Positions 1-12,822 are shown, counted from the stretch's first letter. The stretch: DNA of 64,000 nucleotides from Okamejei kenojei (GCA_035221665.1 CM069166.1:7688001-7752000); one strand, 5' to 3'. Translations and numbers: made by a program. Notes: generated by a model not told the origin, from the letters alone.

Positions 1-365
1 TTGTTATCTGTGGGCTAGGTGAAATGAATTACAAACAATGAAACTCCCCAGGACGACAGTGAAACTAGAACAACAGCTAGGGTGGGGAAGGGACAGAGAG
101 AGGGGCAGCAAAGGTTACTTAGAGAAGTTAGAGAAATCAATATTAATACTGCTGGGTTGTAAGCTGCCCAAGCTATATATGAGGTGCCGTTCCTCCAATT
201 TACATTTGGCCTCACTGACAATGGAGGTGGCCCAGGACAGTAAGGTCAATATGGGAAGGGGAGTTAAAGTGCTTGATAACCAGAAGATCAGGTAGGCTCA
301 GGCGGACTGAGCAAAGGTGTTCAGTGAAACGATCATCCAGTCTACGTTTTGTCTCACCAATCAGT
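1..365 (-). mobile_element. Degenerate Penelope-like element 3' fragment (GIY-YIG C-terminus)
   Basis: Minus strand reads EERHLIYSLGSLQPSSINIDF, homologous to EEQHLIFRLGSLHSLGLNIEF of the Penelope ORF at 55039-55728. Confidence 0.7.
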
Positions 366-399
366 TCCCTGATTGATGAAAGCTAATGTGCCGAAAGCT

Positions 400-690
400 T
401 TCTTGGCCACCATATCTACCTGTGACGCTACTTCAAGGAACTATGCACCTGCACATCCCTCTACTCTACAACACTCCCCAGAGCCTTGTCATTCATTGTG
501 TTGGTCCTATCCTTGTTAGACCTCCCATAAAAGAACACCTCACATTTCTCTGTATAAAATTCCATCAACCATTTCTCAGCCCACCTATCCAATCGATCAA
601 TATCCTGCTGCAATTTTTGACAACCATCTGCACTCTCTACCATACCACCCGCTTTAGTGTCATCTGCAAACTTGCTGATCATGCCTTGTA
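400..690 (-). mobile_element. Old CR1 LINE reverse-transcriptase fragment
   Basis: ORF 461-757 contains [29 protein letters not shown], typical of CR1 RT. Confidence 0.75.
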
Positions 691-1489
691 CACTCATGCA
701 AATCATTGATATAGATGACAAACCGTCTTCGTATGAAATATGCATGGAACAGTCCAATGGAGCGACACTGCATCAGACAGTTCCCCATGAGAAGTGCAGT
801 GGAGCAAGGCTGCATCCTAGCCCCCATCCATTCGGCATCGTTCTCTCTGCCCTCCTGTCCTTTGTCTTCCTGACAGACATGGAAGAAGTGTTTCTTCATA
901 CCAGATGCAAGGGGAAGCTCTTCAATCTAGCAAGGTTAAAAGCTAAGATGAAGGTTGGAACTATGCCTATAAGGGAATTCCTGTATGCTGATGATGCAGC
1001 ACTCATTGCCCCAAAGATAGAAAGACTTCAGGAGCTCATGGACTGATTGTATCAGGCTTGCGACGAATACTGACTAACAATCATTGTTAAGAAGACTGTC
1101 GTCATGAGTTAGGGAATTATTCCTCCATGAAATCACCCTGAATACCGCTCTGCAGGAAATTGTCAAGATATTCACCTGACTAGGATATACGGTGACTCTC
1201 TCTGGATAAGAAAATCAACTCACTTATAGGAAAGGAAGCAACCGTCTTCAGGAGGCTAACAAAAGGGGCATGGAAGAACAGGAAACTCACAATCAAGGCA
1301 AAGATAACTGTTTACAAACCATGTGTTTTGAGCATTTTACTAAGTAGCAATGGAACATGGATGACTTACCCAAATCAAGAATGGAAATTGAATACTTTTC
1401 ATTTCCTCTGTCTTTGTTACATTTTGGGAGTTTCTTGACATGATAAAATCACCAATGAATCTGTCCTCTCCCTGACAAACATGCCTGGC

Positions 1490-3300
1490 ATCCTGATGAA
1501 CTAAATGTTTTCTATGCTTGCTTCGAGCAGGCCAACTATGAGGTGACACCTGGCCCCTCAGACTCCAGTGTGACTCTCCCCAGGGTGACTGTAGCAGAGG
1601 TTAGATTGGCCTTCCTGAGGGTACATCAACCAGACGGAGTTTCTAATGGGTGTATTCGCGGACATCTTTAATCTCTCCTTACTCAGTTCTGAAGTGCCTA
1701 CCTACTTCAAGAAGACCACCATCATCCCAGTGGCCAAAGAAAAGCAAGACCTTTGCCTAAACGATTGCCATCCAGTGGCCTTGACATCCACTATCATAAC
1801 ATGTTTGAGAGGCAAGTTATTGAATGGATTAAATCGAGTCTATCAGCAGCCTTGACCCACTGTTGTTTGCCTACCACCACCACAGGTCCATGGACGATGC
1901 CATCGCCCCAGTCCTACACTCATCCCCAGAACACCCGGATAATAGACACCTACGGCAGACGCCTGTTCATAGACTACAGCTTTGCCTTTAATGCCATTAT
2001 ACCATTCAAGCTTATCACCAATCTTGTGGGACAGTGTCAGCACGCATCTCTGCAACCTAGACCTCCTGACCAACAGACCCCAATCAGTGAGGATAGGAGA
2101 CAAGTCATCCTCTATGATAATCCTCAACAAAGGGGCTCTGTAAGGATGTGTAATCAGCACCCTTCTTTACTCCTTGTACACCCGCGACTGTGGAGTCATG
2201 TACAAATCTAATTCAATTTTCAAATTCGCAAAGGACACCAACATTGTGAGCCGGATATCAAATAATCATGAGATGGAGTATCGAAGGAGATCGAGAACCT
2301 TGTGACCTGGTGTCGAGACAACAGCCTTTCCCTCAATGTCAGCAAGACAAAGGAGATGGTGATCAACTTCAGGAAGTGAAGCGGTACACATACTCCGGTT
2401 TGCATTGACGGTGCTGAAGTAGAGATGGTTAAAAACTTCAAATTCCTAGGAGTCAATATTGCCAATAACTTCTCCTGGACCTCCCTTAGAAGGCATATTC
2501 CCTACAACTCTCACTAACTTCTACAGATGCACCATAGAAAGCATTTTATTGGGATGCATCACAGCTTGGTTTGGGAACAGCTAAATCCAGGACCACTAGA
2601 AATTGCAACGAATTGTGGACTCAATTGCAGACCATCACACAAACCAACCTTCCTTCTATTGACTCCATTTATACCTCACGCTGCCTCGGCAAGGCCAGCA
2701 GCATAATCAAGGATGAGTCGTACCCTGGCCACTCTCACTTCTCCCATCAGGCAAATGGTATAGAAAACACACACCTCCAGATTCATGGACAGTTTCTTCC
2801 CAGCTGGCAAAGGAATCATTCTACCACAACCAGAGAGCAGTACTGACCTACTATGTACCTGCTGGCTGACCCTTAGACCATACTTGATCGGACTTTGTTG
2901 GCTTTACCTTGCACTAAACGTTATTCCCTTGCCTTCTCTCCATACCCTCTGATCCCCTTAGCCACAAGGGCCACATCTAACTCCCTCTTAAATATAGCCA
3001 ATGAACTGGCCTCAACTACCCTCTGTGGCAGAGAGTTCCAAAGACTCACCACTCTCTGTGTGAAAAAAGTCTTTCTCATCTCGGTCTTAAAGGATTTCCC
3101 CCTTATCCTTAAGCTGTGACCCCTTGTCCTGGACTTCCCCAACATTGGGAACAATCTTCCTGCATCTAGCCTGTCCAACCCCTTAAGAATTTTGTACGTT
3201 TCTATAAGATCCCCTCTCAATCTTTCTGCTGACTAGGTAGCACGCAACAAAAGTTTTTCACTGTACCTCGGTATATGTGACAATAAACTAAACTAAACTG
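1490..3300 (+). mobile_element. Rex1/Babar-like LINE RT remnant, itself interrupted by CR1 at about 2930-3222
   Basis: DIFNLSL..PTYFKKTTIIPV..LNDCHPVALTS and RLFIDYSFAFNAIIP motifs; 3' tail tgacaataaa(ctaaa)n at about 3278-3300. Confidence 0.7.
2930..3222 (-). mobile_element. CR1 LINE fragment (young family)
   Basis: RGDLIETYKILKG..RTRGHSLR..FFTQRVVSLWNSLP; near-identical to the copy at 4156-5335. Confidence 0.9.
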
Positions 3301-4155
3301 CGATCCTCAAGCAGAAGCTCCTCTGCTGGCTTGGACATATACACAGGACGGAAAATCGACGCAAATTAAAAGATGTTCTATATGGGGAGGCCATCAATGC
3401 GCAGTTACCAAGATGACCAATGCACAGTGACCAAGATGAAATCCCAAGCTACGCTACAAGGATGTGATTTAAAGAGATATAAGCATTTTAACTTTGGCAC
3501 TGACAACCGGGAAGTGGCTCCAAATGGTGGAGAAAGGACCTCTAGAAAAGTAAGCAGCACAACAGCCACAGAATGCTTCAGATGATACAAAAGTGGGTGG
3601 TTTTGTAGATAGTGAAGACTAGACTAAGTGGGACCCGTTGGGTACCATGTTCACACGGGAGGGCTGGTCCCTCAACTGGCTGGCCAGTTGGGGGGGGCTT
3701 TCTGGAGTGCTAGTATGGGTGTTGTGGGCCAAAGGGACTGGTTTCCAGAGGGCTAGTGTGGACATTGTGGACCGAATGGATTCTTGGGCTGGCAGCTCAG
3801 TCACTCAGACCTGGTGGGCTGGCAGTTCAGTCATTCAGGCCTGGTGGGCTGGCAGCTCAGTCACTCAGGCCTGGTCAGCTGGCAGCTCAGAAACTGCCAG
3901 AAATTCTGCCCAAAACAGGTGAGAGACTCTATGAGAGAGAAGGGAGACAGGGTGGGGAATCAATTTTAGACATTTTTCATCGTTTTCTGCAGATCACAGC
4001 AATGAAGTTTATCCTGGTCTGGATCTCACAGGGAGTAAATGAACCGAGGGAGAAAAATACTTGGGTGAGATTTAATACGTGCAGGGGAATACTTACTGAT
4101 GGGCCGAAGGGACTATTGGGCTAGTACAGGCCTGATGGGCCAAAGGGGCTCTTTA

Positions 4156-5335
4156 GAAACATAGAAACATAGAAATTAGGTGCAGGAGTAGGCCATTCAG
4201 CCCTTCGAGCCTGCACCGCCATTCAATATGATCATGGCTGATCATCCAACTCAGTATCCCGTACCTGCCTTCTCTCCATACCCTCTGATCCCCTTAGCCA
4301 CAAGGGCCACATCCAACTCACTCTTAAATATAGCCAATGAACTGGCCTCAACTACCCTCTGTGGCAGAGAGTTCCAGAGACTCACCACTCTCTGTGTGAA
4401 AAAAGTCTTTCTCATCTCGGTCTTAAAGGATTTCCCCCTTATCCTTAAGCTGTGACCCCTTGTCCTGGACTTCCCCAACATCGGGAACAATCTTCCTGCA
4501 TCTAGCCTGTCCAACCCCTTAAGAATTTTGTAAGTTTCTATAAGATCCTCTCTTAATCTCCTAAATTCCAGAGAGTATAAACCGAGTCTATCCAGTCTTT
4601 CTTCATAAGACAGTCCTGACATCCCAGGAATCAGTCTGGTGAACCTTCTCTGCACTCCCTCTATGCAATAATGTCCTTCCTCAGATTTGGAGACCAAAAC
4701 TGCACGCAATACTCCAGGTGTGGTCTCACCAAGACCCTGTACAACTGAAGTAGAACCTCCCTGCTCCTGTACTCAAATCCTTTTGCTATGAAAGCTAACA
4801 TACCATTCGCTTTTTTCACTGCCTGCTGCACCTGCATGCCTACTTTCAATGACTGGTGTACCATGACACCCAGGTCTCGCTGCATCTCCCCTTTTCCTAA
4901 TCGGCCACCATTTAAATAATAGTCTGCTTTCCTGTTTTTGCCACCAAAGTGGATAACCTCACATTTATCCACATTATACTGCATCTGCCAAACATTTGCC
5001 CACTCACCCAGCCTATCCAAGTCACCTTGCAGTCTCCTAGCACCCTCCTCACAGCGAACACTGCCCCCCAGCTTAGTGTCATCCGCAAACTTGGAGATAT
5101 TGCCTTCAATTCCCTCATCCAGATCATTAATATATATTGTAAATAGCTGGGGTCCCAGCACTGAGCCCTGCGGTACCCCACTAGTTACTGCCTGCCATTG
5201 TGAAAAGGACCCGTTTACTCCTACTCTTTGCTTCCTGTTTGCCAGCCAGTTCTCTATCCACATCAATACTGAACCCCTAATACCGTATGCTTTAAGTTTG
5301 TATACTAATCTCTTATGTGGGACCTTGTCGAAAGC
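4156..5335 (-). mobile_element. 5'-truncated CR1 LINE inside the Helitron
   Basis: RT motifs ([17 protein letters not shown]); (GAAACATA)n tail at 4156; 7-bp TSD ctcttta at 4149-4155 and 5336-5342. Confidence 0.93.
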
Positions 5336-5519
5336 CTCTTTAAAAAATCTGAGTGAAATCTCAGTGAAAGGCACTTTTTCTGGACATTTCCTGGCCTGGC
5401 ACAGGCTATTTGGAACAAATTGCTCCCCGTGGGCTAATACGGGCATTTTGGGCAAAAGGGACTGGTTTCTCGGCTAATAGGGGCCATGTGGGCCAAAATT
5501 AGTGGTTTCAGGCAGGCCA

Positions 5520-7215
5520 AACAACTCACTTAATTTCATTTCCAATTGCATTTCAGTTTCAAGCACAGGACAGGCCAAATAGCTAATTGCATTTTCATTT
5601 CACTTACATTGCCGTTTCAAGCACAGGGCAGGCTCAAGTCAAACAGCTGATTGTATTTTCACTTAATTTCCATTACCATTGCACTTTCATGCACAGGGCA
5701 GGCTCAAGCCAAACAACTGATTGCATTTTCACTTCATTTCCATTGCCATTGCAGTTTCGAGCACATGGCAGGCTCAAGCCAAACAGCTCATTGCATTTTC
5801 ACTTCATTTCCATTGCCATTGCAGTTTCAAGCACAGGGCAGGCCTAAGCCAAACAGCTCATTGCATTTTCACTTCATTTCCATTGCCATTGCAGTTTCAA
5901 GCACAGGGCAGGCCAAACAACTCATTTCATTTTTATTATGGGCTAACAAATCATTTATTCAAGTACATTGCATACTCACAGTGTTCTGTAGTTTCCCAGC
6001 TCAGACAGAGAGTTGTGACCTCTCCCTTGCCACCTTACAGACAGACTGAGCCACGCCCACACTTCCGGGTTTTATAGTCCCTCCCCCACCCACTGGAAGG
6101 GGCTTGGCCTTCATGGCGGTGATTGACAAGAGAGCGAATCTCAAGATTTTTTAAACACTAATAAGTCTTTTATTTTTCATTGATGGGAAAAATCAATGAA
6201 AAATAATTTCATTTCCATTACCATTGCACTTTCATGCACAGGGCAGGCTCAAGCCAAACAACTGATTGCATTTTCACTTCATTTCCATTGCCATTGCAGT
6301 TTCGAGCACATGGCAGGCCCAAGCCAAACAGCTCATTGCATTTTCACTTCATTTCCATTGCCATTGCAGTTTCAAGCACAGGGCAGGCCAAACAACTCAT
6401 TTCATTTTTATTATGGGCTAACAAATCATTTATTCAAGTACATTGCATACTCACAGTGTTCTGTAGTTTCCCAGCTCAGACAGAGAGTTGTGACCTCTCC
6501 CTTGCCACCTTACAGACAGACTGAGCCACGCCCACACTTCCGGGTTTTATAGTCCCTCCCCCACCCACTGGAAGGGGCTTGGCCTTCATGGCGGTGATTG
6601 ACAAGAGAGCGAATCTCCAGATTTTTTAAACACTAATAAGTCTTTTATTTTTCATTGATGGGAAAAATCAATGAAAAATAATTTCATTTCCATTACCATT
6701 GCACTTTCATGCACAGGGCAGGCTCAAGCCAAACAACTGATTGCATTTTCACTTCATTTCCATTGCCATTGCAGTTTCGAGCACATGGCAGGCTCAAGCC
6801 AAACAGCTAATTGCATTTTCACTTCATTTCCATTGCCATTGCAGTTTCAAGCACAGGGCAGGCCCAAGCCAAACAGCTCATTGCATTTTCACTTCATTTC
6901 CATTGCCATTGCAGTTTCAAGCACAGGGCAGGCCAAACAACTCATTTCATTTTTATTAAGGGCTAACAAATCATTTATTCAAGTACATTGCATACTCACA
7001 GTGTTCTGTAGTTTCCCAGCTCAGACAGAGAGTCGTGACCTCTCCCTTGCCACCTTACAGACAGACTGAGCCACGCCCACACTTCCGGGTTTTATAGTCC
7101 CTCCCCCACCCACTGGAAGGGGCTTGGCCTTCATGGCGGTGATTGACAAGAGAGCGAATCTCAAGATTTTTTAAACACTAATACGTCTTTTATTTTTCAT
7201 TGATGGGAAAAATCC
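5520..7215. repeat. Higher-order tandem array: 70-bp monomers nested in three units of about 475-545 bp
   Basis: Monomer ttgcattttcacttcatttccattgccattgcagtttc.. recurs at 5721, 5791, 5861; larger unit restarts at 5671, 6216, 6691. Confidence 0.95.
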
Positions 7216-7379
7216 TCAGGGCCTACGCAGCGGAGGAGGACTCCGAGTAAGGTGGCCAAAAAATCACAGCCATATGTGGTAGAGTTTTTGCTAAAATCAA
7301 AGCACAGTGCAAACAGGAAATGGTCAAGATGAGACTTTTAATTGTATAGATGGTCATGAAAAAATGGCAGGTGGGCTGA

Positions 7380-8150
7380 GGAATCGTTGATGGAATTTAA
7401 CACAGAAATGTGAGGCATTGCATTTTGCAAGCACCAACATGGGCAGAAACTACACAGTGAACAGTTGTAGAACAGAGGTATCTAAGAGTACAGATTCCTT
7501 GCAGGTGTAGTTGCAGGTAGATAGTGTGGTCAAAAATGCATTTGGCATATTGGCCTTCATCAGTCAAGTTGGGAAGGCATGTTGCAGTTATATAAAACTT
7601 TGGTGAGGCCACATTTTGGGTAATGTGTTCAGTTCTGGGCACCATGTTATAGGAAAGATGTGGTCAAGCTGGGAAGGGTACAGAGAAGATTTATGAGGTT
7701 GTTGCCAGGACTATGGTGAGCTATAGGGTGGGCTTGAGTAGGCTGGGACTCTATTCCTTGGAGTACAGGAGGATGAGTGGTGATCTTATAGAGGTGAATA
7801 AAATCATGAGAGGAATAGGTTGGGTAGATACACAGAGTCCCTTGCCCAGAGTCGGTGAATCGAGGGCCAGAGGACATAGGTTTAAGGCAAAGAGGAAAAG
7901 ATTTAATAGAAATCTGAGGAATAACTTTTTCACACAAAGAGTGGTGGGTGTATGGAACGAGCTGCCAGAGAACATATTTGAGGAAGGGGATATTGCAACA
8001 TTTAAGAAATAATTAGACAGGTGCATGGATAGGACAGGTTTAGTGGGATATGGGCCAAAGGCAGCCAGGTGAGACCCGTGTAGCTGGGACATGTTGGCCG
8101 GTGTGAGCAAGTTGGGCCAAAGGGCCCGTTTCTACGCTGTATGAATCTAT
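7380..8150 (+). mobile_element. Older CR1 LINE 3' fragment
   Basis: RLGLYSLEYRRMSGDLIEV..RARGHRFK..FFTQRVVGVWNELP (ORF 7713-8012). Confidence 0.85.
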
Positions 8151-9264
8151 GACACAAATGATCAACGGCAACAACAACACACTCCCCAATCCAATGTCCA
8201 GAGACAAACTTCACCTGTGGAAGCTATGGGAGTGTCTGCCTGTCAAGGATTGGCTTAGTCAGCCACAGCAGAAAATGCAACCACGGATGAAATATTCCCC
8301 TCTCCAAACAGGACAACATCAAAACCACTCCATCATCTCTCACAAATGAACGGATGCTAACTCACTGGCTGCCAATTTATTTTTATGTGAGGAAGTTGTA
8401 TTCAGTGTTTATTGCATCAGCACTGCATCATTGTATGCTAAAATCAGTTCATTTACAATTCCGAAACTGTCTGAAGAAGAGACCCGACCCAAAACTTCAC
8501 CCATGCTTTATCTATAGAGATGCTGTCTGACCCACCGACTTATTCCAGCACTTTGGGTCTATCATTTGAAACAATTACCTGCTCAATAGGTTTTCGTGAT
8601 TCGTATTCCATAGCCTTGCACCCACTGCTCAGTCCAGTGCTAGGTTAAATGTGTCCTAGGGAGGAGCATTCCCCCTTCACCATCAGAAATCCCTGGGCAT
8701 CTTGCTCCAGACATTTATGTGTAAGCACGTACATTTGCCCTCATAGTACCATTATAAGAAGACAAAGCTTTTCAACGGCTTCTAAAGTGATTTCCTCAAT
8801 CAATGTCAGATTGCTGTTTTTTAACACAGGGAACAACAGATGATATGTACAAAACTATGCACAATGTGCTGGAGTAACAGCAGGTTAGACAACATCTCTG
8901 GTGAACATACTGTAGATATGTGACATTTCAGAATGTTACCCTTCTTTAGACATTTCTTCCCAACCCAAAATGTCACCCATCTATGTTCTCCAGAGATGCT
9001 GCCTGACCCGCTGAGTTACTCCAGCACTCCGTCTCTTTGATGTCTCGCATCAGTGCAAGCGACAATATAGCTCCTGTTTTTTTCAAAATTACAAATGTAA
9101 TTCTTTGAATAAAATATCAATCAAATGCTAATATTGAAAAAAATCTTCATTGCATGTACATGTTGCAGCACCCTGCATGAATTTTGCACCTAAAAAAAAT
9201 TAATTGAATCGTTTCGTACAAACAACAACGTTCATTGAATTCTGTAATATTTCACGATAGGTAC

Positions 9265-9373
9265 CCTTTACTGTCCTGTATGGTTGGAAAATCTTTCACC
9301 TCCCAGAACCAGCTTTCCTCAAAGTTAGACCTCACTGTTATATCCTCATAACGAGTGTATTCGTCATCAGTAC
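9265..9373 (-). CDS. C3: Complement C3 exon 18 (start of alpha' chain)
   Basis: ag..gt bounded, 109 nt, phase 1->2; STDDEYTRYEDITVRSNFEESWFWEVKDFPTIQDSKG resembles C3 IVSRSEFPESW. Confidence 0.9.
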
Positions 9374-11587
9374 CTAAGGGAAATGAGTAAATTATGCATT
9401 TAGATATTATTTACCATTAGAGATAAAGAATTAAACACTGAAAGCAATGAACTGACATTTGCTGCTCAGACTGGGAACACAATGCATCAAAATACACAAT
9501 TGCCAACCAAGTTACTCTTCAGTTTCCAGGTTCATAAGCAATGTCTATGTTTCCGTAGTAGGGTGGAATGTAACATGTGCATTTTCTTAATAGATCAGCA
9601 AAAACAAAATTATGAATTTCTGGCACTTCAGCTTACCAGCCAAACACATAATTGTGCTTTCAGAATAAATTATATTCTTGCATCCCACAACTTCTTTCCA
9701 AGCACCAGCAAACTCCACACCATAAGATCAGCAACAATGCTATCTAAATGCCCCTAGAACTCTGCAGCACTGGCCTAGAGTGGAACAGCATTTTCAAAAA
9801 AACTAACAAAACAATGTTTTTAACAAAACTACCAAGTTTAGCATAGCTGAGAAAATCTATGAACAAATTGTTAACTCTGTCTAAAACGCTTAACCATCTT
9901 CCTGTCATCATAGACGTCCAGTCCATTTTAATGATGATTAACATGATCTATTGGTCGTAATTATGAATGCGCTCATTCACCTCTTCCTGGACCTTGTATA
10001 GACACAAAATGCTAGCGTAAATCAGCGGGACAATCAGCATCTCTGGAGAGAAGGAATGGGTGACGTTTCGGGTCGAGACCCTTCTTCGGACTTTTGGAAG
10101 AAATTCCGAATTAACCCTTCTTCCCAGACCTTTTTTTTATAAACTCCTGACTTCAGAACCCATTCTGATCCCTGAGATTTACTCTTGGAAAAGAGAAGTC
10201 AATTCAAAATTTAAATGTTGTTCTAATTTGGAAACACCTTCCCTTCATTCCTCCCTTTCCTGGGAGGAATGAAGGGAATTAAACTGGGAGAAGCAATGAA
10301 TGATCCATTTCACTCTGCATGGGCCAGGAAAGCACAGGGACAGCCAGAGCAAATTGGCACACATTTGTTCAATTCTAAATTACAAACAGTAATGCAAAAG
10401 GGAGACAATGCAAAAACAGTACCAGCTGAGAGAAAAGACTGGACTGCCGAGGACAAACTTCTTCAGTAAGGTGTGTTGGGATAACCTAATTCATGCCTTG
10501 TAATTAAAATTGGTTGGAATTCTGGTGACCAGAAACCTGATAGATTTTGTAAAAAACTATTTCAGTCACTAGAATCCTTCCGGGAATGAAATGTGTCATC
10601 CTTGCCTGATCTGATATTTCTTAATCACAGATCCTCAGCTGTACATCTGATTAAACTGAAAAATCTACAACATTTTGAGATATAAATATATGCCATGCCA
10701 CAATACACACACCCAGTAAATTAATTCAAAGGAAATTATGAAGGAACGTGTATGACAGCTCCAGAGAAGAGCCATTAACTTGCAAAGTTTGATCGGGAGA
10801 GTCTGGTTGGTAGGTAAGATGGTAGCTGGCAAAAGGCTTTCAAAATTAAGATAGCAAGATGTTCAGAGGCAGCATGTTCTGTTGGGGTGAGAGGCGAGCT
10901 TGGCAAGTTTAGGAAAAGATGAGAAATGTTTAGGCTCTGATCAAGAAAAAGGAGGCATACATCAGATTCAGATCGTTGGGATCAAGCAAATCCCACTGTG
11001 AGTTAAGTATAGTTGTATACTTAACGAGGCAATCAAGAGAGTTAAAAGAAGGTGTGAAATAGATCTGACAATTAAAGTAAAGGAAATTCTGAAGTGATTC
11101 TATCAGTATACTCAAAATAAAAGCATGGCTAGGGAAATAATTGGTCCCTGTAAAGATCCTCATGGCCATCTTGGTATTGAGTCACAAGAGATATTATCGG
11201 ACATTATGTTACAATAAATGTTGTACCATTCATCCTTTATCTGTGCATTGTGGATGTCTTGCTTGTATTAATTTGCATTGTCTCCATTTTGCATTACTGT
11301 TTGTAATTTAGAATTGAACAAATGTGTGCCAATTTGCTCTGGCTGTCCCTGTGCTTTCAAGGCCCATGCAGAGTGAAATGGATCTTTCGTTGTTTCTCCC
11401 AGTTTAATTTTTGACTGGATGCACCACAAATCAAAACTTTACAACGTACCTCAGTACACATGACAATAATAAACTAAACTAAAAAAACGAAACTAAAATC
11501 AAAATATTCAAGCTAAGCTTTTCCTTTCATTAGAAACCATTTCACTTTCTCGCTCATTTATAAAATCTTTTTATTCCAACAGGGATA

Positions 11588-12822
11588 AAAACATAGAAAA
11601 TAGGTGCAGGAGTAGGCCATTCGGCCCTTCGAGCCTGCACCGCCATTCAATATGATCATGGCTGATCATCCAACTCAGTATCCTGTACCTGCCTTCTCTC
11701 CATACCCCCTGACCCCTTTAGCCACAAGGGCCACATCTAACGCCCTCTTAAATATAGCCAATGAAATGGCCTCAACTACCTCTGTGGCAGATAATTCCAG
11801 AGACTCACCACTCTCTGTGTGAAAAATGTTTTCCTCATCTCGGTCCTAAAGGAATTCCCCCTTATCCTTAGACTGTGACCCCTTGTTCTGGACCTCCCCA
11901 ACATCGGGAACAATCTTCCTGCATCTAGCCTGTCCAACCCCTTAAGAATTTTGTATGTTTCTATACGATCCCCCCTCAATCTTCTAAATTCTAGCGAGTA
12001 CAAGCCAAGTCTATCCAGTCTTTCCTCATATGAAAGTCCTGACATCCCAGGAATCAGTCTGGTGAACCTTCTCTGTACTCCCTCTATGGGAAGAATGTCT
12101 TTTCTCAGATTTGGAGACCAAAACTGTACGCAATACTCCAGGTGTGGTCTCACCAAAACCCTGTACAACTGCAGTAGAACCTCCCTGCTCCTTTACTCAA
12201 ATCCTTTCGCTATGAATGCTAACATACCATTTGCTTTCTTCACTGCCTGCTGCACCTGCATGCCTACTTTGAATGACTGGTGTACCATGACACCCAGGTC
12301 TCGTTGCATCTCCCCTTTTCCTAATTTGCCACCATTAAGATAATACTCTACCCTCCTGTTTTTGCCACCAAAGTGGATAACCTCACATTTATCCACATTA
12401 TACTGCATCTGCCATGCATTTGCCCACTCAACCAACCTATCCAAGTCACCTTGCAGCCTCCTAGCATCCTCCTCAAACCTAACACTACCCCCCAGCTTAG
12501 TGTCATCCGCAAACTTGGAGATGTTGCATTCAATTCCCTCGTCCAAATCATTAATATATATTGTAAATAGCTGGGATCCCAGCACTGAGCCTTGCGGTAC
12601 CCCACTATTCACTGCCTGCCATTCTGAAAAGGACCCGTTTACTCCTACCCTTTGCTTCCTGTCTGCCAGCCAGTTCTCTATCCACATCAATACTGAACCC
12701 CCAATACCGTGTGTTTTAAGTTTGTATACTAATCTCTTATGTGGGACCTTGTCGAAGGCCTTCAGAAAGTCTAGATATAACACATCCACTGGTTCTCCCT
12801 TATCCACTCTGCTAGTTACATG
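11588..12822 (-). mobile_element. 5'-truncated CR1 LINE
   Basis: RT ORFs 12193-12870 and 11776-12168 ([21 protein letters not shown]); catagaaa tail at about 11590. Confidence 0.93.

Larger units (their letters stand above)
770..3560 (+). mobile_element. Decayed RTE-clade LINE, interrupted at about 1490-3300 by a Rex1-like LINE
   Basis: GKLFNLARLKAK..REFLYADDAAL (ORF 657-1046); resumes after 3300 with ILKQKLLCWLGHIHR, an RTE LRWLGH-type motif. Confidence 0.65.
3619..7350 (-). mobile_element. Non-autonomous Helitron containing a CR1 insertion and tandem arrays
   Basis: Minus strand begins A|TCTATACAATTAAAAG (7350) and ends hairpin GGTACCC-AAC-GGGTCCC, ACTTAGT, CTAG|T (3619); A|T target with no TSD; both ends shared with the copy at 24630-25374. 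Confidence 0.8.

Noticed and set aside
5587-7069. Overlapping His/Phe-rich ORFs of 70-130 aa
   Set aside because: They are translations of the 70-bp tandem repeat; no coding signature.
5520-7215. Repeat-and-spacer look suggesting a CRISPR array
   Set aside because: Eukaryotic context, monomers are contiguous, intervening blocks are identical to each other, and no cas genes are present.
8579-8639. Open 61-nt ag..gt segment on minus that would continue exon 18 in frame (TGLSSGCKAMEYESRKPIEQ)
   Set aside because: No similarity to C3 exon 19 (DSITTW), wrong end phase, weak pyrimidine tract; true exon 19 probably lies beyond the window start.
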